This document shows positions 24,678-35,024 of a stretch of 64,000 nt of DNA, one piece after another. Within the stretch, counting starts at the first letter, position 1. Each line of letters begins with the position of its first letter. Below the pieces are notes generated by a model. That model had not been told where the DNA came from. It did no database searches and worked only from the letters and a program-made list of their open reading frames with translations. The position numbers and the translations under genes are program-made. The stretch spans positions 17,131 to 81,130 of the forward strand of contig JAZRYG010000060.1 in the NCBI GenBank assembly GCA_045600605.1, in the 5' to 3' direction. This DNA is from Bacteroidales bacterium. Lineage in GTDB: Bacteria > Bacteroidota > Bacteroidia > Bacteroidales > F082.

Positions 24678-26030
24678 TTACATGATAAACTGGCTGACCG
24701 TGATGACGGCGATTGCCACTGGAGCCAAGTATTTGATTATGAAATAGAAAATTTTCTTCAATCGCATATTGACGATTCCGCCGTTGGTGAACTCGTCTTC
24801 GAAATCTTGTTTTTTCACTTTCCACCCTAAGAATATCACGGTGAAAAGTCCGCCGAGTGTCATAAGCACCATTGAGGTTATTTTGTCCAAGCCGTCGAAA
24901 ACGGTGAATCCGAAGATGGTTAGACTGCTGTCATTGTGCAGGCTCATGGCGGCTAAAATACTGATAATGAATGCCCCTACAGAACTGTATATTGTGGCTT
25001 TCCGACGCGACAACTTGAGTTCTTCGGTCAGGTAAGAGACTATGACCTCAAGCAGCGACAGTGCTGAAGTCCATGCGGCGATGACAAGGAGTATGAAGAA
25101 GATGAGGCAGAATATATAGCCGCCTTTCATTTGGTTGAAGAGCATCGGCAGCGTGTTGAATGCCAACGACGGCCCTGCTTCGGGTTGTATGCCGAACGAG
25201 AACGCCGCAGGGAAGATGATGATGCCGGCGAGAATGGCGATGAAGGTGTCCGACATCCCGACCATCAACGAGGTGGTGACGAGATTGTCTTTCTTCGAAA
25301 TATATGAACCGTATGTTATCAAAGCACCCATGCCGAGGCTCATCGAGAAGAATGCTTGCCCGAGGGCGCTTATGAGCACATCTTCGTTGATTTTCGAGAA
25401 GTCAGGCTTGAAGAAGAACACGATGCCGTCGATGGCTCCGGGCAATATCAACGACTTGACACACAGCACGATAAGTATTACGACGAGCACCGGCATCAGG
25501 ATTTTTGAGTATTTCTCGATGCCTTTTGATATGCCTTTCACTATAACAATTGCAGATATGAAAATGAAGCCGGCCTGCCACAATATCGGGCGGAGCGTCA
25601 TGTTCAGCGACTCGATGAATCCATGTTCAATGGTGGCGAGGTCTTTGCCGTGGTAGTAGTTTATGAGCGACTTATACACCGATTCGAGGGTCCAGCCGGC
25701 CACCGTGGTGTAGAACGCAAGGATGAGGAATGCGCACAGCACGCCCATGTAACCTATCAACGGCCAACTTTTGGAGTCATTGGACATTGCCTTGAACGCG
25801 CCGACAGGGTTTCTCTGCGCCCGTCGTCCGATGATGAACTCGCTGACCATCATCGGGATGCCGAGCACCAGCACAATCCCAAGGTAAACGATGAGGAACG
25901 CGCCGCCGCCGTTCTCGCCGGCGACACACGGAAACCTGTAAATGTTACCCAAGCCGACTGCCGACCCGGCCGTCGCAGCAATGATTCCAATCTTAGAACC
26001 AAAACCGTCTCTTTTCTTTTTTTCAGCCAT
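24678..26030 (-). CDS. Sodium-dependent transporter (SNF/NSS family)
   Basis: N-terminal GSAVGLGNIYRFP signature and about 11-12 TM helices. Confidence 0.9.
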   Translation of the reverse strand: MAEKKKRDGFGSKIGIIAATAGSAVGLGNIYRFPCVAGENGGGAFLIVYLGIVLVLGIPMMVSEFIIGRRAQRNPVGAFKAMSNDSKSWPLIGYMGVLCAFLILAFYTTVAGWTLESVYKSLINYYHGKDLATIEHGFIESLNMTLRPILWQAGFIFISAIVIVKGISKGIEKYSKILMPVLVVILIVLCVKSLILPGAIDGIVFFFKPDFSKINEDVLISALGQAFFSMSLGMGALITYGSYISKKDNLVTTSLMVGMSDTFIAILAGIIIFPAAFSFGIQPEAGPSLAFNTLPMLFNQMKGGYIFCLIFFILLVIAAWTSALSLLEVIVSYLTEELKLSRRKATIYSSVGAFIISILAAMSLHNDSSLTIFGFTVFDGLDKITSMVLMTLGGLFTVIFLGWKVKKQDFEDEFTNGGIVNMRLKKIFYFIIKYLAPVAIAVITVSQFIM

Positions 26031-26042
26031 ATTTTCTTTTTA

Positions 26043-26067
26043 CTGATATGGAACTGCCACGCAGTTC
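26043..26067 (-). repeat. Intercistronic hairpin module copy B: GAACTGC-GTG-GCAGTTC-CATATCAG
   Basis: Lies between upp and the SNF transporter gene, 20 nt before the ATG at 26030. A compensatory C:G to T:A change relative to copies A and C. Confidence 0.7.
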
Positions 26068-26069
26068 TT

Positions 26070-26104
26070 TAATCTCTAATCTCTAATCTCTATTCTCTAT
26101 TCTC
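26070..26104 (-). repeat. Heptamer array GAGAATA x2 + GAGATTA x3 (sense of upp), starting on the upp stop codon
   Basis: On the minus strand, TAG recurs every 7 nt (four times) and is followed by TAA. The first TAG is the upp stop at 26097-26099. Confidence 0.8.
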
Positions 26105-26762
26105 CTTTCGGGCCGTACGCCAAGTCGCCGGCGTCACCCAACCCCGGCACGATGTATGACTTCGCGGTCAGCTCGTCGTCGATATTGACTGCCCAAAGCG
26201 TGGTGTCGAAGCCGTTGAGGTTTTCCTTCACGTATGCGACACCTTCCTTGCTCGCAATGGCGCAGGCGAGATGAACCGCCTTGGGATGAATATCGCCGTT
26301 TTCCAGAAGTCTGTTGAGGCAAAGTATCAGCGATGAGCCGGTGGCAATCATGGGGTCAATGAGTATCAATACCTTATCATCGAGTGCTGCTGATGCGCAA
26401 TATTCAACCATTATGTCGAAGTCATCGCCTTTCTGGTATTTCCTGTATGCAGCGATGAAGGCGTTGTCGGCTCTGTCAAAGACATTCAGAAAACCTTGGT
26501 GCATCGGGATGCCAGCCCTTAATATCGTCGCCAACACGACATCGTCGCAAGGTGTCATCGTTTCCTTGATGCCAAGTGGTGTCGTTATGTTAATTGGCTT
26601 ATAATCAAGTGTTTTGCTAATCTCGTATGCCATCATCTCACCGATTCGCTCAAGATTCCTGCGGAAACGCATCCTGTCGTTCTGCACGTCAACATTTCTG
26701 ATTTCTGAAATGAAATTGTTCAACACACTGTTTGTTGTGCCTAATTCATTGATTTTTAACAT
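26097..26762 (-). CDS. upp: Uracil phosphoribosyltransferase
   Basis: ILRAG..M, the LILIDPMIATGSS PRPP loop and a C-terminal YIVPGLGDAGD. Confidence 0.9.
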   Translation of the reverse strand: MLKINELGTTNSVLNNFISEIRNVDVQNDRMRFRRNLERIGEMMAYEISKTLDYKPINITTPLGIKETMTPCDDVVLATILRAGIPMHQGFLNVFDRADNAFIAAYRKYQKGDDFDIMVEYCASAALDDKVLILIDPMIATGSSLILCLNRLLENGDIHPKAVHLACAIASKEGVAYVKENLNGFDTTLWAVNIDDELTAKSYIVPGLGDAGDLAYGPKGE

Positions 26763-26763
26763 A

Positions 26764-27693
26764 TTATTTGTTTTTGAATATTTTTAAAGCTAATTTGAAA
26801 ATCCCTCTTGTTTTGTTGAAACGTAGTCCGGGATAACAGACCTCATGTCCGCCGAATCCCATGTAAAAGCGAGCCAACCCGTCGTTGTCAGAACCCTCGA
26901 AATCGAATGTGGCGTTCGTCTCGCTGAACTCACATATCACACTATCAATGATATACGAAAGTGCGTGAAGCTCTTTGTTTGACTCATCGGCACCAGAGAA
27001 AAGGAACACTATTTTGTTGTGACCTGTCATGAAGACGGCACCCGCAACAAGTTGATTGTCAGCATTTTTAGCACCTTTGATGAAGCAATGACCTTGTTTT
27101 GTCGCCTCTTGCACCAGCCGTAGGAATCTCGCGTATTCCTCATCACCCCAATGCACCACGTCTTTGCCTTTGTTCTTCCTGAAAAGCCCGACGATTTCGG
27201 CGGGCTCGACATCATCTGCCATGGTTAAGCCCGCAGCCTTGGCTTTAGCGATGTCGCGTTTTGTGTTGCTGCTGTAATTTTTTGTTAAAATACTGTAATC
27301 GGACGATAAGTCTAATTCTATATTTCTGTGATTATAAATGTTTTCACTTCCTTGCGGAAATATATTCCCGGAGTTTAACCGTATCTCCGCAAATCTGAAT
27401 TTCTTGGGGATTGCGTCGATGAAATGCTGTATTTTGTCTGTCGGGATGTCTTCTTTTGAGAACACCCCGAGCTGTTGCACGAAAAACGGCTGGAAAAGAT
27501 AGTTGACGCCGCACTTTCTGTTTCCGGTCAACGGCATGACACTCACATAATCGTCTTCGACCAAGGCCTCCCAACGGAGATGCACAATGTCGAGATACCA
27601 CGACAGGGCATAGACGTTGCCGTTGGGCGATTGCTTGATACAGTCGTCCCAGCGTTGTTTATCTATTTGATTATGTGTTAGGTACGTTATCAT
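26764..27693 (-). CDS. FemAB/GNAT-like acyltransferase-fold protein (function uncertain)
   Basis: Full-length ORF tightly packed between upp and the next gene (4-nt overlap at 27690-27693). The family call rests on general resemblance only. Confidence 0.45.
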   Translation of the reverse strand: MITYLTHNQIDKQRWDDCIKQSPNGNVYALSWYLDIVHLRWEALVEDDYVSVMPLTGNRKCGVNYLFQPFFVQQLGVFSKEDIPTDKIQHFIDAIPKKFRFAEIRLNSGNIFPQGSENIYNHRNIELDLSSDYSILTKNYSSNTKRDIAKAKAAGLTMADDVEPAEIVGLFRKNKGKDVVHWGDEEYARFLRLVQEATKQGHCFIKGAKNADNQLVAGAVFMTGHNKIVFLFSGADESNKELHALSYIIDSVICEFSETNATFDFEGSDNDGLARFYMGFGGHEVCYPGLRFNKTRGIFKLALKIFKNK

Positions 27694-29015
27694 TCTTTGT
27701 CAAGTGCGAAGTTAAGTATTTCACGGTACATGGCATCCCAGCCAGTCCAGCGTTTCTCGCCGCTGAGCGTCTCGTTGTGCCAAAGCAGGATGAAAGTGCC
27801 GTTTACGTTTTTCACCTCAGTGATGAGATTCTTCACTTTCTCGAGCGACTCTTCCATGTTGAGGTTGAGGTAGTCGCGCATCGTGCCGTCCATGACGGCA
27901 AACGGGTGGATGTTCAGCTTTGTGATGGTGTCTTGTGTCAGGTCGAAGAACTTGAAAGTGTCGGCGATACCTGCCCTGAAACCTGCTTGCGAAGCGTAAC
28001 CCATTGTGTAGTCGTCAGTTATGTCAAGGTCGATGAGCTTCTGGTAGCTCGAAGGGATGTTGAGCCTCAGAAAATGCTGCCGGCTCTTTGTGATCCAGCT
28101 GTTCAGCACCTTTGACAGGTTCGTGATTTCATCTCTCATTTTGTTCGTGTTGAGATACGATGCAAACGAAGGATGGATGCCGACATCGGCATAGTCGCCA
28201 AGTCTTTTTATAAGGTTCTGAAAATCAACGTTTCTGAGAGATATGTTCTTGTCGTTCAAGTCGTAACCGCCGCAGAGTATGAAATAGACAGGATGCAAAT
28301 CAAGTTCTTTCTGTAGTTGAATTTGGCAGTCGAAAGTGTCGAACGGGTCTTTTTTCTTTCCCCTGAGGACCTGCCATCTGGTCTTAATCTCTTCAAAATC
28401 AAGGTTGAAGAGGTCTCTGAAAAAGGCGGCGGAAATTCTGAACAGGCCTTTGTTCTTGTACGCCCACGCCGCATCAACGTCGTATGTCGGGATGAATGTA
28501 AATGTTTTTTTTCTGAAAACCAATTCTGGGAATGCTTCCTTGAGTTTTTCACCAATCTCTTTCGCCCAGATGTTCACCAACGGACGTTCTAACATATTCA
28601 TTTTGAATAATATAGAATCCTTTGCCTGAAACCTGTTGTATTTGTCGCACACATGCGGCAGGTATTCTTCGTATCTTGAGACCAAGAAAAACGATGCCGC
28701 GAACGGGTCAAACGGGAACATCGACTTGTCGCTGTAAACAGGGAAGATGGCCTTCATGTCTTTGAAGTCGATGATTCTCAAGTCGTTATCTTGAATATCA
28801 TGAATGTTGCGCTCGAAAAGAAGCCTCGATGCTTTTTGGAATAACTCATCGTTTATCTTGTTGTTGCCATAGCTAAACTTTGGTCCGCTGTACGCGGCGA
28901 ACGCCTCGCTGTCGGTCGTGATTTTATATTCAACACAAATTAAATCCTTGAAAATCAATTCAAAGATATAGAACAATCTGTTGGATATTTTAGGTACAAG
29001 TATTAACAATTCCAT
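27690..29015 (-). CDS. Polysaccharide-deacetylase-like protein (function uncertain)
   Basis: Central FIPTYDVDAAWAY... and ...VGIHPSF... resemble CE4-type deacetylase motifs. A CAAAGATA box sits only 4 nt upstream of the ATG. Confidence 0.45.
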   Translation of the reverse strand: MELLILVPKISNRLFYIFELIFKDLICVEYKITTDSEAFAAYSGPKFSYGNNKINDELFQKASRLLFERNIHDIQDNDLRIIDFKDMKAIFPVYSDKSMFPFDPFAASFFLVSRYEEYLPHVCDKYNRFQAKDSILFKMNMLERPLVNIWAKEIGEKLKEAFPELVFRKKTFTFIPTYDVDAAWAYKNKGLFRISAAFFRDLFNLDFEEIKTRWQVLRGKKKDPFDTFDCQIQLQKELDLHPVYFILCGGYDLNDKNISLRNVDFQNLIKRLGDYADVGIHPSFASYLNTNKMRDEITNLSKVLNSWITKSRQHFLRLNIPSSYQKLIDLDITDDYTMGYASQAGFRAGIADTFKFFDLTQDTITKLNIHPFAVMDGTMRDYLNLNMEESLEKVKNLITEVKNVNGTFILLWHNETLSGEKRWTGWDAMYREILNFALDKE

Positions 29016-29049
29016 GGCGCAAAGATAATTAAAAATTACAACATCTTAA

Positions 29050-31332
29050 TCAAAGACGAATTTTTTGTTCCACTCTGATGTCATCGGAAGAGGCTCCAAC
29101 CATGATTGTGAAATCGTCTGGCTCGACAATCCATTCAAGTTTTTCGTTCAGAACGGAGAAATCGCGCGGCTTCAACGTGAATGTAACTGTCTTAGTTTCA
29201 TTGCGTTGTATGAAGATGCGCTTGAAACCCTTAAGCAGTTTCTCGGGTGGCGCGCTTGATGCGAACTCATCGCGTATATATAGCTGTACCACCTCATCAC
29301 CATCGTAGTTACCTGTGTTTGTCACATCAACACTCACCGTGACATTCTGGGCGGAATCGTTACTGATATTCAAGTTGTAATACTCGAAACTCGTGTAGCT
29401 CAACCCGTAGCCGAACGGAAACAGCGGCGTGCTTTGGCAGTCGATGTAGTCGCGTTGTATCGGTTGTGAGTAATACACCGGAATCTGTCCGACCGAACGT
29501 GGTTGTGAAATCGGCAGTCGTCCCGCCGGGTTGTAGTCGCCGAAGATGACGTCAGAGATGGCATTGCCGCCTTCCTGCCCCGGGTAGAAGGCCGTCATAA
29601 TGGCGTTACCATTCTCGACCGCGGTGTTTTTCAGGTATGGCCTTCCCTCGATGAAGACTATCACAAGTGGATTGTTGGTGGCGGCGACAGCTTCGATAAG
29701 TTTATCTTGAAGTCCTGACAATGAGAGTGTTGCGCGGTCGTAGCCCTCGCCGCAGTCCATGTCGGCGACGTGTCCGTCAACGACGACGGTGTCTGTTGAC
29801 TTGTACGATGTCTTGAAATTGCGGGCTGATGAGCCGCCGACGACGAGGACGACGGCATCGGCATTTTTTGCAGCCTTCAATGCGGCATCAAAGTCGGCGT
29901 CGTTGGTGTCGCGAATTGAGCAGCCTCTTGCGTAAGTGACTGTTGTTGTTGGAGATACATGGTTGCGGATGCCCTCCAACACCGTGATGATGTTGTCGGG
30001 GTATTGCGGTGCCGTGTAGTCGCCGAGTTGGTTGTATGTGTTGTCGGCGTTCGGCCCGATGACGGCGATGTTTTTAATGTCTTTTCGGAGAGGCAAGACA
30101 CCGTCGTTCTTAAGCAGCACTATGCCCTCACGCGCAACTTGCAGCGGCAGATTTGTCTCATCTGATGCCTTCGAGACATCTGAAACATTCAGATAAGGCT
30201 CGTCAAACAGCCCTGCTTCAAACTTGAATCTCAACACTCTGCGCACTGCTTCATCGAGCGTCTCCATCGTCACAAGTCCTTGACTGACAGCTTCTTCGAG
30301 GTATGCGCCGTAATTCGATGCTCCGAGGTCGATGTCAACGCCTGCATTGATAGCCTGCGCCGTCGCAACAAGTTGGTTTTCAGCGGTTCTGTGTGTGCTG
30401 TGCAAGGCCCAGATGCTGCCGAGGTCGGAGAACACCACGCCGTTGAAGCCCCAGCGTTCACGGAGAATGTCGTTCAACAGCCATCTGTTTGATGTACAAG
30501 GGATTCCGTCGATGCAGTTGTATGATGTCATGATGCTCTTGGCTCCGTGTTTCACCGCCGTCTCGAAGTTCAGGTTCAGTTCCGACAAGACTTCATGCCT
30601 TCCCGCCGAGGTGCCGGAGCCGTGGTGACCTCCTTGCGAGACGCCGAACGACGAGAAGTGTTTCAAGGTGCACGCAAGATGATTCTGCATTCCTTTCATT
30701 ATGGCGGTGCCTAATGTTCCGGAGAGGTACGGGTCTTCGCCGAGGCTCTCCTCCACGCGTGACCAGCGCGGGTCGCGGGTGATGTCGATGACAGGGCCGT
30801 AGGCGAATTTCGCGCCGCGCGATGCTGCCGAGGCACCGACAGCGTCGCCCACCTTATATAATAGGTCCTCGTCCCACGTCGCCGCCTGACAGATACCGAT
30901 GGGGAAGACCGCCGCATTGATCGCCATGAAGCCATGGACACACTCTTCAGCGAAATATATCGGGATGCCAAGACGGGTGTGCTCAATGTTATATCGCTGC
31001 ATCTCGTTGAAAATCAATGCTGACTGTAACTCGTCAAGACCTGACTCAACAGTCTTTTGCGACCACGGGTCGGCACGCAGCACACCGTAAAAACCACCGC
31101 AAGGCAGAGTGTCGAGCATGGCCTTGAAAGAAGAGTCGGGGACAACAAAATTGTCGCTGACCTTGTCGTAAAAATCAAAACCTATAGGACAACAAAGCTG
31201 CCCTACCTTCTCATTTACAGTCATTTGACTCAACAAAGCGTCAACTTTCGCGTCGATGTCATCGGCTTTTTTTGATGAACATGCCGCCAATATAAATGCG
31301 GAAATTATCAGTAAAATCCTCTTCATTTTCAT
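29050..31332 (-). CDS. Glycoside hydrolase family 3 beta-glucosidase (lipoprotein)
   Basis: Lipobox ILAACSS. GH3 motifs GVLRADPW..., KHF...G, GFNGVVFSDLG (nucleophile Asp region) and a C-terminal FN3-like domain. ATG at 31332; the track start is an upstream TTG. Confidence 0.9.
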   Translation of the reverse strand: MKMKRILLIISAFILAACSSKKADDIDAKVDALLSQMTVNEKVGQLCCPIGFDFYDKVSDNFVVPDSSFKAMLDTLPCGGFYGVLRADPWSQKTVESGLDELQSALIFNEMQRYNIEHTRLGIPIYFAEECVHGFMAINAAVFPIGICQAATWDEDLLYKVGDAVGASAASRGAKFAYGPVIDITRDPRWSRVEESLGEDPYLSGTLGTAIMKGMQNHLACTLKHFSSFGVSQGGHHGSGTSAGRHEVLSELNLNFETAVKHGAKSIMTSYNCIDGIPCTSNRWLLNDILRERWGFNGVVFSDLGSIWALHSTHRTAENQLVATAQAINAGVDIDLGASNYGAYLEEAVSQGLVTMETLDEAVRRVLRFKFEAGLFDEPYLNVSDVSKASDETNLPLQVAREGIVLLKNDGVLPLRKDIKNIAVIGPNADNTYNQLGDYTAPQYPDNIITVLEGIRNHVSPTTTVTYARGCSIRDTNDADFDAALKAAKNADAVVLVVGGSSARNFKTSYKSTDTVVVDGHVADMDCGEGYDRATLSLSGLQDKLIEAVAATNNPLVIVFIEGRPYLKNTAVENGNAIMTAFYPGQEGGNAISDVIFGDYNPAGRLPISQPRSVGQIPVYYSQPIQRDYIDCQSTPLFPFGYGLSYTSFEYYNLNISNDSAQNVTVSVDVTNTGNYDGDEVVQLYIRDEFASSAPPEKLLKGFKRIFIQRNETKTVTFTLKPRDFSVLNEKLEWIVEPDDFTIMVGASSDDIRVEQKIRL

Positions 31333-31347
31333 GAGCAAATTTTTCAA

Positions 31348-31355
31348 CAAAATTA
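31348..31355 (-). promoter_or_regulatory. -7 promoter box TAATTTTG for the GH3 gene
   Basis: CAAAATTA on the + strand, 15 nt upstream of the ATG at 31332. Confidence 0.45.
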
Positions 31356-31577
31356 CCAATAAATCTATTTCGATTTAGTTAATTTTTATTGACATTTAAA
31401 ATATTTATTTCACCGCCTGAATTTAAATTAAATATTGACAATCAGTATTTTACAACGACTGTGTAATGTTTTATTAACAATTGATTTCACAAATGTTCGA
31501 AAATGAGCGCAAAATGGAGGTTGATAATTGCTGAATTTTACGCCAAAAATAAATGTAACTCAAATCGTAATTTTTAT

Positions 31578-31585
31578 TACTTTTG
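31578..31585 (+). promoter_or_regulatory. -7 promoter box TACTTTTG for the C25 peptidase pair
   Basis: Exact TAnnTTTG, 12 nt upstream of the ATG at 31598. Confidence 0.5.
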
Positions 31586-31597
31586 CCAACTATTTTT

Positions 31598-34500
31598 ATG
31601 GAGATGAAAAAAATATTGCCATTATTCTTGATGTTAATCGCTTCGATAATATCGTGCGCACAATTTGTTGAGAAAACTTATTTAGTTGAAAAACAAGATG
31701 TTAAGTCGGTTGAAGGCTATTCTCTGATTGAGCTGAAAGACTGTATGCAGTCGGCGCTTGTCGGCTGTCCGTCATTGCCTTGGCATTCAGTGACGTTGCT
31801 GTTGCCTGAAGGGACAAAAGCCGAGTCGATGGAAATTGAAATGTCTGATTTTCAAGTGCTTGAAGGTAAGTTTGAGCTTTTCCCATATCAACCGTCAAGG
31901 ACATATAACGACACGAAGCGGAAGACTTTTTATAAAGACGAATCGGTTTATTCTTCAAAAGATGTTTATCCAGCTGAAAATCAAGGTGCTCTGACAACGC
32001 AATACGTCAATGGTTATCCGCTCGCTGTCGCTGCTTTTACGCCAGTGAGATATATCCCGTCTGAACGTAAAGTGTTGATTGCCAAGTCGGTGAAAGTCAA
32101 AATCAACCTTTGTCAGGATGAACGCTCAAATTCTTGGATGCGCTCTTCACGTCCGCAAATAATCAATAAGGTCAAGTCGTTGATTGACAACCCGGAAATG
32201 CTTGATAGTTACACATTTGACAATTCAAAATCGCTTCAGGGCTATGAGCTTTTGATTGTCACGCCTCAACAATTTATTTCGGATTTCGACGAATACATTC
32301 AGTTTTATGGATATTTAGACTTGAGGGCAAATGTCGTTTCGACGGAAGAGATTTATTCGACGATGCAAGGTGTTGATAATCAGGATAAAATACGTAATTA
32401 CATCATTCAGGAATATCAGGACAACGACATCATGATGGTGCTTCTCGGCGGTGATGTCGCGCTTGTGCCTCATCGCGGTTTCTACGCCGATGTACTTTCC
32501 GGCGGCAGTCACAACATCGACAACGGCATTCCCGCCGACCTTTATTATTCGGGCCTTGACGGGACGTGGAACGACAACGGCAACGACCGTTGGGGCGAGC
32601 CTGGCGAAGACGACCTCTACCCCGAAATCGGCGTGGCGAGAATGCCCTTCAACAACGTCGAGCAGCTTGGAAATATGATAAACAAAACCATTAGGTATCA
32701 ACAAGTTCCGATCATGGGAGAGTTCCGAACCATCGCTCTCGGTGGCGAGAAACTTTACGACTATCCTTACACTCAAGGCAGTCAGTATCTTGAACTTCTG
32801 ATTGGCGAACACAGCGACAACGGCTACACGACGCTCGGCATTGATGAGAGTTACAACTTCAAGAAATATTACGCTGAGGATGGCAACTGGAGCGGCACGA
32901 ATCTACGCAACGCCATCAACGCGGGATGTGGCTATGTGCATCACGCCGGACACGCAAGCACCGACATGGTCGCGGGCTGGACAGGCTCGACGTTGAACCC
33001 CGAGCTGTTCTCCGGCGCCAATGGCGTTGACCACAACTTCACATTCTTTCATTCGCACGGCTGCGACTGCGGCGGCTTCGACAAATCGTGCGTCATGGAG
33101 AAGCTCGTCACGATACCGTATTTCGCCGTGTCTGTGATTGGCAACTCGCGTTACGGCTGGTTCAACGAAGGCCAGACCGAGGGGCCGTCGATACATCTTC
33201 AAAGAGAAATGACCGATGCGTTTTGGAATGAGAGGATTCCGTATATCGGCATGACGTTGAGCGAGGCGAAATGCCAGACCGCGCCTTGGGTCACGGCACC
33301 GGGACAATACGAGGAAGGCGCGTTGAGATGGAACTTCTACGACCTCAACATCCTCGGCGATGTAGCCGTAAGTCCTTGGCACGATGAGCCTTTCGACGCG
33401 GCGGTCAGCTTCAGGCCGGCGATGCTTCCGGGCGAGACGGCGAACGAAGTCCACGTGTCACATGACGGACAGCCGCTGAAAAACTTCCGTTGCAGCATTT
33501 ATTACTATGAGGAGAAACTCGGCGAGGCGGTGACCGACGAGAACGGTGACGCAACGGTGACGCTCTCACGCCCCGTTGATTTCGTTGATCAGATTTCATT
33601 GACGGTGACAGGAATGAACTCGTTCCCGCAAAGCCGCGTGATCGACTGCATCGATGGAAACACGACTTTCGTGAAACCTTATAAGTTGATTGCCAACGAT
33701 GAAGACGGCGACGGAAAGATTGAGCCTGGCGAAAACGTCTCATTCGACCTCGTCCTGAAAAACTGGGGAGCAGCTGCAGCAAGCGATGTCCACGCCGCTG
33801 TTCAATGCTGCGCACCGGAATATTTCAGATTCACTAAGATTGAAGACGATATGCAAATCATTGACGCTCTGACTGTTGACACTATTCATGACGCTTTCGG
33901 AATCTGCATGAACCAAGACGTCCCGAATGGCTGGCCGATAACTCTCAATGTCACGTCAAACGACGCAACAGGATATTGGTACAATTCCTTCGGATTCGAG
34001 GCGTCAGCACCTGATATCCAGATACTTTCGATTTCGGCGGAAGAGGTTGACGGCAATGGAAACGGCATCATTGAACCTGGCGAGAACGGACTCTTGACGG
34101 TGTTCATCAAGAACCTCGGCTCTATCATCGCTGAAAATGTCGAACTGAATGTCGAGGCTGACAATGACTTGGTGACGCTTGAGACATCGACAGCAACATA
34201 CACACAAATTCAAGAGAATGAAGAAATTACGGCGGAGTTCGCTTTCCATGTCGATGAAAATGTACCGAACAGCACAATAGTGATTTTCAACGCGACGGCA
34301 CACTGCGGGAAATATGTTACATCGTTAAGTCACACAATAACAATCGGTTACTTGATGGATGACTTTGAGACCGGCGACTTCTCAAAACTCGACTGGCAGC
34401 CGTGCGGCGACCAAGGATGGCTCGTGGCCGATGCCGACGCCTTCGAAGGCACCTACTCCGCACGTTCTGGAATAATTGATGACAAAGAGATTTCCTCACT

Positions 34501-35014
34501 GATTATCAACGTGGAAGTGTTCGAAAAAGGCGATTTGTTGTTCTATTTTAAGACCTCAACGGAACGAAACGACTACCTCGCGCTGTATATCGATGATGTG
34601 TATCAAGCTCGTTGGTCAGGCGAAAATAATTGGCAGCCAGCGAGTTATCAACTCAACGCCGGCTCTCACAAGATTGAATGGCGTTACGACAAGTCGATGT
34701 CAGGGCAGTCGGGCCTCGATGCTGTCTTCATCGACAATGTGATGTTCCCGATAAACTCAACAATCATGACGAATGTTCCTGAAAACGTTGACAGTCAAGA
34801 TGATGTGACGATTTATCCGAACCCAAACAACGGAAGATTCGTCCTGAATCTTGATGATAATCAGAATGTTGTGAAGATTTTTAATTCTCTTGGCCAGATG
34901 GTCTATGAAAATGAAAACGCCTCGCGGAATTTGAACATCGACATCTCTGACAAAGGAACAGGCATATACCTTATAAATATTAATGGAAAAACACAAAAAC
35001 TCATAAAAGAATAA
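31598..35014 (+). CDS. Gingipain-like cysteine peptidase (family C25) with choice-of-anchor-J-like domain and T9SS C-terminal sorting domain
   Basis: Signal peptide and C25 propeptide-like N-terminus. Catalytic contexts HHAGHAS...W and FFHSHGCDCGGF parallel gingipain TGHGSETAW / VACVNGDF. The C-terminus VTIYPNPNNGRFVLNL...GIYLININGKTQKLIKE is a T9SS CTD. Confidence 0.85.
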   Translation: MEMKKILPLFLMLIASIISCAQFVEKTYLVEKQDVKSVEGYSLIELKDCMQSALVGCPSLPWHSVTLLLPEGTKAESMEIEMSDFQVLEGKFELFPYQPSRTYNDTKRKTFYKDESVYSSKDVYPAENQGALTTQYVNGYPLAVAAFTPVRYIPSERKVLIAKSVKVKINLCQDERSNSWMRSSRPQIINKVKSLIDNPEMLDSYTFDNSKSLQGYELLIVTPQQFISDFDEYIQFYGYLDLRANVVSTEEIYSTMQGVDNQDKIRNYIIQEYQDNDIMMVLLGGDVALVPHRGFYADVLSGGSHNIDNGIPADLYYSGLDGTWNDNGNDRWGEPGEDDLYPEIGVARMPFNNVEQLGNMINKTIRYQQVPIMGEFRTIALGGEKLYDYPYTQGSQYLELLIGEHSDNGYTTLGIDESYNFKKYYAEDGNWSGTNLRNAINAGCGYVHHAGHASTDMVAGWTGSTLNPELFSGANGVDHNFTFFHSHGCDCGGFDKSCVMEKLVTIPYFAVSVIGNSRYGWFNEGQTEGPSIHLQREMTDAFWNERIPYIGMTLSEAKCQTAPWVTAPGQYEEGALRWNFYDLNILGDVAVSPWHDEPFDAAVSFRPAMLPGETANEVHVSHDGQPLKNFRCSIYYYEEKLGEAVTDENGDATVTLSRPVDFVDQISLTVTGMNSFPQSRVIDCIDGNTTFVKPYKLIANDEDGDGKIEPGENVSFDLVLKNWGAAAASDVHAAVQCCAPEYFRFTKIEDDMQIIDALTVDTIHDAFGICMNQDVPNGWPITLNVTSNDATGYWYNSFGFEASAPDIQILSISAEEVDGNGNGIIEPGENGLLTVFIKNLGSIIAENVELNVEADNDLVTLETSTATYTQIQENEEITAEFAFHVDENVPNSTIVIFNATAHCGKYVTSLSHTITIGYLMDDFETGDFSKLDWQPCGDQGWLVADADAFEGTYSARSGIIDDKEISSLIINVEVFEKGDLLFYFKTSTERNDYLALYIDDVYQARWSGENNWQPASYQLNAGSHKIEWRYDKSMSGQSGLDAVFIDNVMFPINSTIMTNVPENVDSQDDVTIYPNPNNGRFVLNLDDNQNVVKIFNSLGQMVYENENASRNLNIDISDKGTGIYLININGKTQKLIKE

Positions 35015-35024
35015 TACCATGCAA

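Noticed and set aside
29020-29027. CAAAGATA box only 4 nt upstream of the ATG at 29015, implying a leaderless mRNA.
   Set aside because: The motif is exact, but the geometry is atypical and the gene may be co-transcribed or start elsewhere. The evidence is too weak to list as a promoter.
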